Assembly (NCBI RefSeq): GCF_006345805.1
Contig: NC_043014.1
Span: 34,658,001-34,722,000 of the forward strand
DNA length: 64,000 bases
Direction: 5' to 3'
DNA from: Octopus sinensis
Taxonomy: Eukaryota
The notes under the pieces were generated by a model. That model was given only the letters and a program-made list of their open reading frames with translations, was not told where the DNA came from and made no database searches. This document shows positions 52,446 to 63,914 of the stretch, piece after piece. The first letter of the stretch is position 1; each line of letters opens with the position of its first letter. The position numbers were made by a program, and so were the translations under genes.

Positions 52446-53829
52446 GTGCATAAAATTAAAAAAAGAAATATCCAATTATCAGATACCAATAAATGCAAGT
52501 AGAATACACACCCCAGGTAATTCCTCATGTGTGACAAGTAGATCCTAATATCATTTAGAAAAATTTCAAGAAATTCAGAGTATTTGACAACAAAAATATG
52601 TATAGAGAAAATCACATTTTTATTTTAGAATTCACCTTATAAAACCGACAATTGTTTCTATTATATTAACATATTTAGATATTGAAAATATCGTTGAAAT
52701 TAATATTTCTGAAAATACAAATTAACTCAGTATTTTTAAGGTGATCCAGAATAAGTTAAATTCAAAGTGAACTAAGGAAATATTTCCAGTACACGAGCAC
52801 CTTGTAGGCAAGATTCAACTGTTAGAGAACTACATCATATTCCAATATCTGCTTTGGCATTGTATCTAATACCAGCCACTTTACAGAGTGTACTGGGTAA
52901 ATTTAACATTGCACTAACACCAGTGACATCCCCATGTAGCCCATGAGACAAAGATCCCCTTTAAATGAGTGTGCTACAATTGGAAGAAAGGCTGCTTTAT
53001 GCTTGTTGATGAAAGGTTAAAGTATGAAGGAAGAGGATGGAATAGGTTTCTTGCTGTATAGGAGATACCTGGTTACTCACATTACGTAAAAGTGAGAGTA
53101 ATTGGGGAAAGGAAGATAAGGATGGTGATAAAATGTCAGAGTGGGCCATGGAAGCAAATAAATAGGGAGGGTGGGTCATGGAAGCAAATAAATAGGGAGA
53201 CAGTGAGTGATGGTTAAAGATGGGGTAATGATGCAAATATACTGAACGATGGACAAGGATTGAGTGGGGTGTTGATGATAAATATGAATTGGATGGTAAA
53301 AAAGGATGAAAACTAAGTATGATTAGTGATATATATGAGATAGATGGGGGAGAGATTGAGGAGAGTATGTGTGGACTGCAGTACAGAAGGAATGAAAAGC
53401 AGTAGAATAGTAATACTACGGTAGATGGGAAAAAGATGAGAAAAGGACGTGGTGTGTGGGTGGGTAAGTTTTGCATGAATGCGAGTGGAGAGACAAACAT
53501 AGTGCATGCAGAGAGTGAGAGATTTATGATGATATGGGCATACGGGTAGGTTAATAAGAGGTGGTTTGGTGGGGAGAGAGAGAGAGAAAATTTGGTAGTA
53601 TGGAGGGATGGGGTGATCAGTGTAAAATGTAAGTGGAGAGGGACAATGTTAAGAATGACAGTTGGATGTCAAGTGAAGTGGTTCCTGGTAGTAAGAAAGA
53701 TTACTGATATCATAGAAAAGACAATAAAATATGTAGTTCTGTCCTCATTTAATTACAGCAGTAGAATACTGCAGTTATGCAAGTGATTGAAAGATCAGTG
53801 ATTGAGGAATGAGGGTTGGCAGTGGAGAA

Positions 53830-54090
53830 GGTTTGACAAGGAAATTAGATGAGGGGCCCAGAACCTCAGTTTTGCAGAGATGTGTGGATTTTCTTGAGTA
53901 CTACATATCACCAATTATTCCAATTCTTTCTCATCTTCTCTATGAGATTCAAAGCCCTGAGATTGTTCCATGTCTCATGAGTCTTCCTCTTCTACAAGTT
54001 CCATCCAACTGAAGAAACTGGAACTTCTCTATACAGCTGTCCTCATCCATCTAAAGATGTTTCATACAACATCTGATTCCTCTTCGACCT
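53830..54090 (-). mobile_element. Degenerate RTE C-terminal remnant
   Basis: MDEDSC..DGTCRRGR resembles the peptide at 14420-14500. Confidence 0.55.
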
Positions 54091-54306
54091 AATTTTTCTC
54101 TCAATACAGTTGTACTTTGTTATTCATGTACACTTGTTGCAGCTTCATTTCTTTCTAGTCTTCACACATCCTTTGCATGACCCCTTTTGCTTTCTCTCTC
54201 TCTCCCTTCACCTCTCTCTCTCTCTCACACACACACACATACATACTTTTTATCAAAGCCATAAAAGTTTTCACAAACTGTTACTCAGAGTTTCATGTTA
54301 TTTCCA

Positions 54307-54337
<31 letters not shown>

Positions 54338-54709
54338 TCTCTCTTTATATATATCTGGATGGATGGACAGATGAACAAATGCAACAAGATGGATAGATGC
54401 AACAGACTTCTATATAGTTTCTGTCTACCAATAAGAACTTGTCAGTTTGTATTAAAACCATAGCAATAAAAAGATTACTAACAATAACAAGTGAAATCTA
54501 AATACTGCAATTAACTGTAAATTAACTATAAATTAACTGTAACTGTCTACTTGAGCTAATCTGTAGTTTATTACATTAAAGAGTCACTTAAAAGACAACT
54601 CTACACTGAAGTCCTACATCAGACTCACTGAAAATAACTTCAAAACATGGCTCTACCAGCAGAGGCATTCCTTCATCAATAATGCTCAAAGACACTATTT
54701 GACTGCTTC

Positions 54710-54945
54710 ATCATCATCATCATCATCATCCTTTAATGTCTGTTTTCCACACTGGCATGGGTTTGATGGTTTGACCAGAGCTGGCAAGCTAAAGAGCTGC
54801 ACCAGGTTCCAGTCTGATTTGACTTGTTTTCTATGGCTGGATGCCCTTCCCAATGCCAATCGCTCCACCTTGTGTGCTGGATGCTTTTGATGTGCCACTG
54901 GGATGAACACCTTTATGTGGCACCAGCACAAGTGCTTTTACATGG
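54710..54945 (-). mobile_element. RTE-type 3' tail copy
   Basis: (CAT)n followed by the reverse-complement consensus. Confidence 0.75.
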
Positions 54946-55149
54946 GTCATCCTAGACTTTAGGATGTATAAGCATAGAATGGATGGTTCACATCTTGGCT
55001 CCATCACCGGTGATGACAAACTGAGAAAATCCTCATATTGTGAAAAAGTTCCTGTGGCTTAAATCTCAGGTCGGAACTGCAAATGCACACCAAAATACTT
55101 TTGGGCTGGGAGAAATTATCTTAATACAAATTTATATACATACATATAT

Positions 55150-55190
55150 GTATATATATCTATATCTATATCTATATCTATATCTATATC

Positions 55191-55275
<85 letters not shown>

Positions 55276-55540
55276 CAGATTTCTGTACACTCTAAAATGA
55301 ATGTTAATAGGAGAGTCAAGAGTAAAAGTCTATCAGACTGACTTAATGATAAGACTGAAATGTTTAGTCTTCACTATGGACACATTAACTTAAAGAAACA
55401 AACAGAAATAGATATACAGATAAACAAACAAAAAATAGAGTCAGATAGACAGACAGAGAGGGAGAGAGGAAGAGAGAGAAATAGAGAGAGAGAGAGAGAC
55501 AGACAGACAGATAGATAGATAGATATACAGACAGACAGGC

Positions 55541-55587
<47 letters not shown>

Positions 55588-55604
55588 CAGATAGACAGAT
55601 AGAC

Positions 55605-55667
<63 letters not shown>

Positions 55668-55668
55668 C

Positions 55669-55708
<40 letters not shown>

Positions 55709-55757
55709 GGATGGATGGATGGATGGAATGATGGATGGAGGGATGGATGGATGGATG
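55150..55757. repeat. Compound microsatellites: (TATATC)n, (TA)n, (GA)n, (GATA)n, (GGAT)n
   Basis: Direct inspection. Confidence 0.95.
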
Positions 55758-56463
55758 GGCTACTTTGATTAATGTGGTCTTAGGTTCCTTGTACAATAGG
55801 AAAAAGTTGGAGCAGTTTTGATCATAAGTTTGCTTAATTAGAGGTGACTTGGAGCTAAACAACTCAGATCAGGCAAATAAGAAAACAATGTAGTAAAAAG
55901 ATTACTAACAATAACAAGTGAAATCTAAATACTTTTGTTTTAACTATTCCAGCTAAGGTCATGCTGGAGCACTGCCTTTGCAAGATAGTCTGATTTAAAT
56001 TGATTTTTACTAATAAAGTTCACAAAGTAGAATAAATTTTTTAATTATTCTTAAAAGAATTTTTAATTTTATGAATCAGCACTAATGGCCCTTTACTGGG
56101 CTCCCAGATTGAAGTTGAGTGAGGATGTAGTGGTGATTTATTTAGGTTGAGTGACGATATAGGATGGATATAGTTAAAGCTGAGTGACACTGTAGCAATA
56201 ACTTAACTGAGATTGGGTTGACATGGAATGACTTACTGAGGACAATGTGGATAAGTAACTTAGATGATTTTGAATAATGATGTTGTGGCTCCCTTGCTGT
56301 GGTTCATGGTGGTGGTGTTATTTAACCTCTGGCCAACCTTGACCTCGGAAGTCAATAATCAAAGCTTTCCAGCCTTGATCATCCAATCTTTTATTCTGAC
56401 ATAGTGTATCTAGGACTACATTATCCAGTTTACTTTTCTCACTTGAAGACATTACAGTGTTGA

Positions 56464-56630
56464 TTTGCCTGCTATTTTTAGCAGGTTGAAAATTTGCCTG
56501 CTATTTTTAGCAGGTTGAAAATTTGCCTGCTATTTTTAGCAGGTTGAAAATTTGCCTGCTATTTTTAGTAGGTTGAAAATCTGCCTGCTATTTTTAGCAG
56601 GTTGAAAATTTGCCTGCTATTTTTAGCAGG
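56464..56630. repeat. 29-bp minisatellite (TTTGCCTGCTATTTTTAGCAGGTTGAAAA), ~6 units, each with a hairpin
   Basis: Period 29 measured (56464, 56493); CCTGCTA-TTTT-TAGCAGG palindrome. Confidence 0.95.
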
Positions 56631-57339
56631 CTTCCTCATTGGCTCTTTCTGATAGATTTAATTAAATTCCACTGAACCATCATCTCATAACAGGTAATTC
56701 CAAAATAAATTAGTAACCATCAATATAAACAAGTATTACGGAAGATTTAGATCCAGTTGAGCTAATTCTGGATTAACGGCAGTTATTTAATCTTCTAATG
56801 TCATGTCATCATAAGGATTATCTTTTAGGAAAAAAAAAACAATGAAAATTTATGAACAATTACTGTTCTATGAGATCTCTTTGATCAAATTGTTGCTGCT
56901 GTTATTGTTTACCTCTAAGTGAGCTCTGATCCAGCAAACTTATGATCTAAGGTATTATGAATTCGATCATCCTTGCCTTTCATGTATATTCAAAACTGTA
57001 TTTTTAAAGGGTAAGGAATGATTTGAGGTTCTTGTAGGACAAGGGGGCCTTGTAGGTTCTTCCTCATTGGCTGAGGTTTACTGTTGATCAATAAACAGTG
57101 AGTAATGTTATTGACTGTCTAAACATCAAAGTAGAAACCATAGAATGCTTGGGGTTTGGTGTGGTATTTGGTATTTGTAAAATGGAAACTAAGTGATTTG
57201 TAAGAAGGCCATTCCGGCATTCTGATGTCCTTTGGGTAGGAAAAAAAAATCCCTAAAATATATCTTGAAAATGATAGAGAAGTTTTCTAGAGGAGATTTG
57301 ATCTGCTAAATAGAGCAGTTGTCTTGCTGATATTGGTGA

Positions 57340-57575
57340 AAACAACAACAACAACAACAACAGGAGGAGGAGGGGGAAGAAGAAGAAGAAGAAGAAGAAG
57401 AAGAAGAAGAAGAAGAAGAAGAAGAAGAGAAGAAGAAGAAGAAGAAGAAGAAGAAGAAGAAGAAGAGAAGAAGAAGAAGAAGAAGAAAAGAAGAAGAAGA
57501 AGAAGAAGAAGAAGAAGAAGAAGAAGAAGAAGAAGAAGAAGAAGAAGAAGATAGCAACAATAACAACAATAATAA
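57340..57575. repeat. (AAC)n/(GAA)n microsatellite
   Basis: Direct inspection; source of the poly-E/R/K and poly-F/S ORFs. Confidence 0.95.
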
Positions 57576-57694
57576 TCCCTTCTAATATAGGCACAATAAG
57601 AGTAGAAGTTAGTTGATTACATTGACTTTAGTGCTCAACTGGTGCTTTTTTTCTCAACCTTGAAAGGATGAAAGATAAAGTTGACTACAGAATT

Positions 57695-59044
57695 GTTGGC
57701 TTCCCAACTGAAAGAGAAGAATCTTCTAGAGAATGGTGTCTCTATAACCTTTTATCTGACTTAGCATGAAGTGTTTATAATGGAAGGCTGCTACAAGTTC
57801 CTTTCTTTCTTCACAAAAGAGGAAGAGCTGGTGTTCTACAGAGATGTCAGTGGGCCTCTTAATAAACTTAGCATTGAGGAATGGCGCTTTTTCATAGACA
57901 GCTCTACGTATAGTTTAAAACATGTATTGTTGTACAACGGAAATGTGTATGGCTCTGTCTCACTTGACCACTCAACAACTCTGAAGGAAAAATATGAAAA
58001 AATTAAGTTGGTTTTAATGAAGATACTGTATCATGATCATAAATGGGTCATCTGTGTTGACTTAAAGATGGTAAATTTTCTCATGGGACAGCAATCTGGT
58101 TATACCAAATACCCATGCTTTCTTTGCATGTGGGACTATAGAGACTGCATAAACCACTATGTTAAGAAAGACTGGCCGCCTTGAACAAATATGGTTCCAT
58201 ATAGAGCTGCCAATATATTGGAAGAACCTTTAGTTAAGCAAGATAAGATCATTTACCCCACTCTCTGCACATCAAACTCAGATTGATTCAGCAATTCATC
58301 AAAGCTCTTGGCAAAAATGGGGAGTGCTTCAAGTATATCTGCAGTGTATTTCCAGACTTGATAATTGAAAAACTTAAAGCAGGGATTTTTGATGGACCAT
58401 AGATCCGTAAGCTCTTGATGGACACAAATTTCATGAAAATGAAGCATCAGCTTGGCTAGCCTTTGCAGAAATAGAGCAAAATTTCCTTGGAAAACACAAA
58501 AGTGAAAACTATAAAGATCTTATTACCAATTTGATATCAACTTTACATGATACTGGTGTGAATATGAGCATCAAAATGCATTATCTTTTCCTGAAAATAT
58601 TGGAGATGTTAGTGATGAACAAGATGAATAATTCCATCAGGACAGCAAGGAGATGGAAATTTGGTACCAAAGACGATGGGACGCTATAATGATAGTGGAC
58701 TATTGCAGGTGTTTAAAATGAGATTCTGCTGTTGCTCAATATTCACGGTGCATAAAGAAGTGAAAATTTATTCGTTGAATTTTCTGCCAAAAATCTTTGC
58801 CAATGCGCATTTTCAATTTTGAATTTTTATTTGTACTTTGTTTTGTTTTGTGTTACGCTCTCTTTATTGATTCATAATATATGCCTCTTCCATGAATAAA
58901 ATACTTATTCTATCAGGTCTAGTTTTCTGACTATTCCTGATAGAGAAAAACTGAAGTTATTTTTGAATTTCACTGGCAAAATCACATAAGAATTTATTGA
59001 AATATTCCAGGTACCAGACAAAAAAATCTTTTTGTTGCTGAGTG
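57695..59044 (+). mobile_element. Chapaev3 (CMC)-like DNA transposon, 5'-truncated and decayed
   Basis: LKEKNLL, EWRFFIDSS..SLKHVLLYNGN, WVICVDLKMVNFLMGQQSGYTKYPCFLCMWD, GIFDGP.IRKL, NMSIKMHYL; right end ..tttttgttgctgagtg (CAC...GTG termini). The superfamily name is from memory. Confidence 0.7.
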
Positions 59045-59234
59045 TAATAATTTTGTCTGTTATAAGTACAAAACCTGAAACTTTGGAGGACAAAGCTAGT
59101 CAATTACAATGACCACTTAAAGGATAAAAAATAAAGTCGACTTTGGTGGAATTTGAACTCAGAACACAGAGACAGATGAAATACTACTGAGCATTTTATC
59201 GAGTACAGTAACAATTCTGCCAGCTTGTTGCCTT

Positions 59235-59327
59235 GATAATGATAATAATAATAATGATAATATAATAATAATGATGATAATAATAATAATAAATAATAAT
59301 AATAATAATAATAATAATGATAATAAC

Positions 59328-59360
<33 letters not shown>
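59235..59360. repeat. (AAT)n microsatellite, first block of the tract hosting the R4/Dong-like copies
   Basis: Direct inspection; further blocks at ~59710-59775, 60277-60298, 60520-60560 and 61687-61710. Confidence 0.95.
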
Positions 59361-59361
<1 letters not shown>

Positions 59362-59712
59362 TGATGTACCAATACCAACAGATGACAACATTGTTTCTAA
59401 AAGAAATGGAGACACTTTCAAAATACAAAAACCTGGAAATATAGGTAACTCAAATGTGGAGTCTAAAAACAGAAACAATTCCTATCATACTGGGCACATT
59501 AGGTTTGATAAAAAAATATTTAGACAAATGCATAACAAAAACACCAGGACTAACAAATATATATAACATACAGAAAATAGCATTACTAGGCACTGCACAC
59601 ATCCTACGTAAAACACTTTCAATACAGTAACTATAAGAGCATCTCAACAAACTACAGCACATACCCAAGGCACACGGAGCTGTGCTCGGTAGTGCACTGA
59701 AAGCACACTATA
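59361..59712 (+). mobile_element. R4/Dong-like RLE non-LTR element, short 3' copy
   Basis: Frameshifted DV.IPTDDN.SLKEME.LSKYK..TIPIILGTLG..IQKIALLGTAHILRKTLSIQ; flanked by (AAT)n. Confidence 0.8.
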
Positions 59713-59734
59713 ATAATAATAAGACTTCTGAATA

Positions 59735-59775
<41 letters not shown>

Positions 59776-59786
<11 letters not shown>

Positions 59787-60277
59787 AGGTCACAGAAAAC
59801 GAGAAAGCAACCATACTCTGGGATATGCTGATACACACAGATAGAGAAATTAAGGCCAACAGACCAGATATAGTTGTCAAAGATCATGAAGAAAAAAAAT
59901 GCTTTCTAATTGATGTATCAATACAGGCTGATGACTACGTGTCTCTAAAAGAAATGGAGAAACTCTCAAAATCCAAAGACCTGGAAATGGAGGTAACCAG
60001 AGTGTGGAATCTAAAAACAGAAACAATTCCTATCATAGTAGGTGCATTAGGCATGATAAAAAAATATTCAGACAAATACATAACAAAAACACCAGGACTT
60101 ACAAACACATATAACATACAGAAAGTTGCACTACTAGGCACTGCACACATCCTACGCAGAACACTTGCCATACAATAACCATCAGAGCATCACAACAAAT
60201 CACAGCACATACCCAAGGCACACAGAGCTGCGCTCGGTAGTGAAGTGAAAGCACGCTATAAAAATAAAACTACTGAA
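59776..60277 (+). mobile_element. R4/Dong-like RLE non-LTR element, 3' copy
   Basis: ILWDMLIHTDREIKANRPDIVVKD..CFLIDVS..EKLSK.KDL (PD-(D/E)xK RLE motif); embedded in (AAT)n. Confidence 0.88.
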
Positions 60278-60299
60278 TAATAATAATAATAATAATAAT

Positions 60300-60512
60300 C
60301 TTTTCTTCTATAAGCACAAGACTTGAAATTTGTGGAGAGAGTAGTATTTGATTACATTATCCTCCAGTGTGCAACTGGTGTCTATTTCAATGAACCATAA
60401 AGGATGAAAGGCAAAGTTGACCTCAGTGATATTTGAACTCAGAACATAAAAAATGGAGGAAATATCGATATACATTTTGTCCAGTGTGCTAAAGATTCTG
60501 TCAGCTTGCTGC
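60300..60512 (-). mobile_element. Decayed SINE family B (similar remnant at 59105-59232)
   Basis: aaaggatgaaaggcaaagttgacctc..atttgaactcagaac. Confidence 0.7.
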
Positions 60513-60524
60513 TTTAATATTAAT

Positions 60525-60560
<36 letters not shown>

Positions 60561-60562
<2 letters not shown>

Positions 60563-61690
60563 CATACCAAAAACATTTAATGAAAAGAAACATAACAAGT
60601 AACTACAGAATATGTGGAGATGGACAAGAAACAATAAATCATATTATCTCTGGCTGCCCAGTCCTGGCTAAGAAGGAATATATTCACAGATGCGATAGAG
60701 TTGGGACCTACATACAATGGAAGCTATGCCAACATTATGGAATAACAACAGAAAAAAGATGGTATAGGTACACACCAGAAAAGATCACAGAAAACGAGAA
60801 AGCAACCATACTCTGGGATATGCCAATACACACAGATAGAGAAATTAAGGCCAATAGGCCAGATATAATTGACAGAGATCATGAAGAAAGAAAATGCTTT
60901 CTAATTGATGTATCAATATCAGCAGATGACAACGTTTCTCTAAAAGAAATGGTGAAACTTTCAAAATACAAAGACCTGGAAATAGAGGTAACTTGAATGT
61001 GGAATCTAAAAACAGAAATAATTCTTATCATAGGTGCAGGAGTGGCTGTGTGGTAAGTAGCTTGCTAACCAACCACATGGTTCAGGGTTCAGTCCTACTG
61101 TGTGGCATCTTGGGCAAGTGTCTTCTGCTATAGCCCCGGGCCGACCAAAGCCTTGTGAGTGGATTTGGTAGACGGAAACTAAAAGAAGCCTGTCGTATAT
61201 ATGTATATATATATATATGTGTATGTTTGTGTGTCTGTGTTTGTCCCCCTAGCATTGCTTGACAACCGATGCTGGTGTGTTTATGTCCCCGTTACTTAGC
61301 GGTTCGACAAAAGAGACCGATAGAATAAGTACTGGGCTTACAAAGAATAAGTCCTGGGGTCAATTTGCTCGACTAAAGGCGGTGCTCCAGCATGGCTGCA
61401 GTCAAAATGACTGAAACAAGTAAAAGAGTAAAAGAGAAAAGAGTATAGTAGGCGCATTAGGTATGATAAAAAAATATTCAGACAAATACATAACAAAAAC
61501 ACCAGGAATTACAAATATATATAACATACAGAAAGTTGCACTACTTGGCACTGCACACATCCTACGCAAAACACTTTCAATACATTAACCATAAGAGCAT
61601 CACAACAAACCATAGCACATACCCAAGGCACACAGAGCTGCGCTCGGTAGTGAAGTGAAAGCATGCTATAAAAATAAAACTACTGAATAA
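60561..61690 (+). mobile_element. R4/Dong-like RLE non-LTR element with CCHC knuckle, split by a SINE
   Basis: (Y)RICGDGQETINHIISGC..EYIHR..WKLC..RPDI..LIDVS; continues after the SINE at ~61447. Confidence 0.9.
61031..61445 (+). mobile_element. SINE family A inserted in an R4/Dong-like copy
   Basis: Splits the TIPIIVGALG coding segment. Confidence 0.9.
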
Positions 61691-61716
61691 TAATAGTAAT
61701 AATAATAAGTAATGCA

Positions 61717-62180
61717 TATAATGCAAAGATCCTACGGGATTTTATGATTCAGTGCGACCATGAGATAGAGAATAGGAAATCAGACATAGTGTTAATTGAG
61801 AAAGAAAGCAAACGATGCTGGATCACAGATATAGCATGCCCAGCTGACAACAAGGTGTGTGATAAGGCAGAAAGAAAAATCGATGTATATAACAAGTCAG
61901 CTTGGGAGGTTAAGCAGTTGTGGTCGCTGAAAAAGGTGGTTGTTTTAGTACCAATAACTGTTGGGGCCCTAGGAACAGTGAGTAAAAATCTTGAGGAGTA
62001 CACGGAACAAATAGGGTCTGCAATAAGGGTGGAACACTTGCAGAAAACAGCACTGCTTGGACCCGCTCAAATACTCCGGATCGTGCTAAAAAAATAAGTG
62101 GTGTTACCTTAGTTCACTGGTAGTGAACAGTTGGCACCGTAGTACATCTCCAGCGTTAGAAGCTGTGCAAAGACAATAAA
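61717..62180 (+). mobile_element. Divergent R4/Dong-like RLE 3' copy
   Basis: IQCDHEIENRKSDIVLIEK..CWITDIACP..TVGALGTV..LQKTALLG.AQILR. Confidence 0.8.
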
Positions 62181-62349
62181 ATAACAAGTATAATTATTAT
62201 TGTTGTTGTTGTTGTTGTTGTTTCTTTTATTTGCCAAAGGGGTGTCTGATGGGACACATTACAAGGACAGTTTACAAATCATGTATGTGGTGATGGCTGT
62301 GGTGGAGAGGGTTTATGTAAAAGAGCTGAGGAGAAAAAGGAGGAAGAGA

Positions 62350-62935
62350 TAAAGGGGGCTGTGTAGTAAGAAACTTACTTCCCAATCACAAGGTCCTGAG
62401 TTCAGTCCAACTGAGTGACCCCTTGGGCACATATCTTCTACTATAGCCTCAGGTCAAACAAAGACTTGTGAATGGATTTGATAGACAGAAACTGAAAAGA
62501 ATCCTATTGTATACATGTGTGTGTGTGTGTATGTGTTTGCATCCTCATAACTTAACAGTTTGGCAAAAGAGACTTATAGAATAAGTAGAAGACTTTAAAA
62601 GGAAGTAAGTACTGGGGTCGATTCATTCAACTAAAAATTCTTCAGGGTGGCACAAGTAAAAAATTCTTCAAGGTGGTATGAGTAAAAATTCTTCAGGGTG
62701 GCACAAGTAAAAAATTCTTCAGGGTGGCACAAATAAAAAATTCTTCATGGTGGCACAAGTAAAAAATTCTTCAGGGTGGCACAAGTAAAAAATTCTTCAG
62801 GGTGGCACAAGTAAAAAATTCTTCAGGGTGGCACAAGTAAAAAATTCTTCAGGGTGGCACAAGTAAAAAATTCTTCAAGGTGGCACAAGTAAAAAATTCT
62901 TCAGGGTGGCACAAGTAAAAGATAAACGATAAAAG
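62350..62935 (+). mobile_element. Decayed SINE family A with an internal minisatellite
   Basis: Head, body and tail motifs flank the 26-bp array. Confidence 0.75.
62634..62920. repeat. 26-bp minisatellite (TTCAGGGTGGCACAAGTAAAAAATTC), ~11 units
   Basis: Period 26 measured (62641, 62667). Confidence 0.95.
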
Positions 62936-63144
62936 ATTGTACAAAAATTATGTGAATAAATAGATGATGCAGTTCTTCTGATACAGGAAAGCTTCCAACA
63001 AGAGCCAATCAAGGAACCCTGAAAATCCAGGATCACTCAGACCATCAGAGTAACGAGCCCTCACCTAACTGTTGTTCTTCAAGCTACAGACACATCTTTA
63101 GAGTAGTTCCATTCACCCTAACCGTTTTTGCCTATGTCTCTCAC

Positions 63145-63319
63145 CTTTTGACAAATTTGCAAGTTGAGAACACTTCCCTCTTTATCCACATTTTCTTTTC
63201 TGATTGGAACTTGAGGAAGTTAATAAGGGCTTGACTAAAGAGGTGTCTGAATTCAATCCCTTCAGCTTTGTCCACTACACAAGCTCTTTTACCATAACCA
63301 CTACATGGAGAAATACTAC
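63145..63319 (-). CDS. Coding exon of unknown domain, probably the same minus-strand gene
   Basis: cag| acceptor and AAAAG|GTGAGA donor; 175 nt open, phase 1 to 2; (G)SISPCSGYGKRACVVDKAEGIEFRHLFSQALINFLKFQSEKKMWIKREVFSTCKFVK(R). Confidence 0.65.
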
Positions 63320-63352
63320 CTGTCTGGTATATTGAAAGGCAGGTGATAGGAT

Positions 63353-63566
63353 ACGTTAGCATGCCGGGTGAAATGCTTAGCGGTATTTTGTCTGCTGTTA
63401 CATTGTGAGTTCAAATTCCGCCAAGGTCGACTTTGCCTTTCATCCTTTCGGGGTCGATAAATTAAGTACCAGTTACGCACTGGGGTCGATATAATCGACT
63501 TAATACCTATGTCTGTCCTTGTTTGTCCCCTCTGCGTTTAGCCCCTTGTGGGTAATAAAGAAATAG
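63353..63566 (+). mobile_element. SINE family B, 5'-truncated, next to the acceptor of the 63319 exon
   Basis: TSD aggtgataggata on both sides. Confidence 0.88.
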
Positions 63567-63813
63567 GTGATAGGATAATCCTTTTGGTAGATTTGGTTGT
63601 TAACTGGATTTGTCCTTCACTCAACAACAACTTTTCAATATAATTTCATAAATCAGTAATGCTCAGACACTACATGAGTGTATATAGAAATTTTGTCATT
63701 CTACATGTATCTCAGGCAATTCTGACCAGTGGAACTTCTGTGCCTGTAAAGTTTATCTTGAACTAGTTGTGCTCGTTGGTAACACTGCTAGGCTAAAGAT
63801 TTCTGGAACTTAC

Positions 63814-63914
63814 CCATAATAGAGTCTGGACTGAGGGTCATCTGAAACTGACCAGCTAGTTTCCCCTTGTCAATATCTAGAATTTTCCTCAGAACATCAT
63901 CACTCTTGTTCACC
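63814..63914 (-). CDS. Coding exon of unknown domain, upstream of the 63319 exon
   Basis: ccattccattacag| acceptor and G|GTAAGT donor; 101 nt, phase 2 to 1; VNKSDDVLRKILDIDKGKLAGQFQMTLSPDSIM(G); phase-compatible with 63319-63145. Confidence 0.65.

Noticed and set aside
52637-52709. 73-nt exon-like segment with good splice signals on the minus strand
   Set aside because: The only open frame is phase 1 to 2, which needs two further unseen exons, and the sequence is very AT-rich.
56464-56630. Palindromic repeats resembling a CRISPR array
   Set aside because: There are no spacers and no cas genes, and the context is eukaryotic.
57253-57594. Homopolymeric ORFs (poly-F/S/L/R/E), likewise 4000-4206, 55040-55862 and 59104-59478
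   Set aside because: They are translations of microsatellites.
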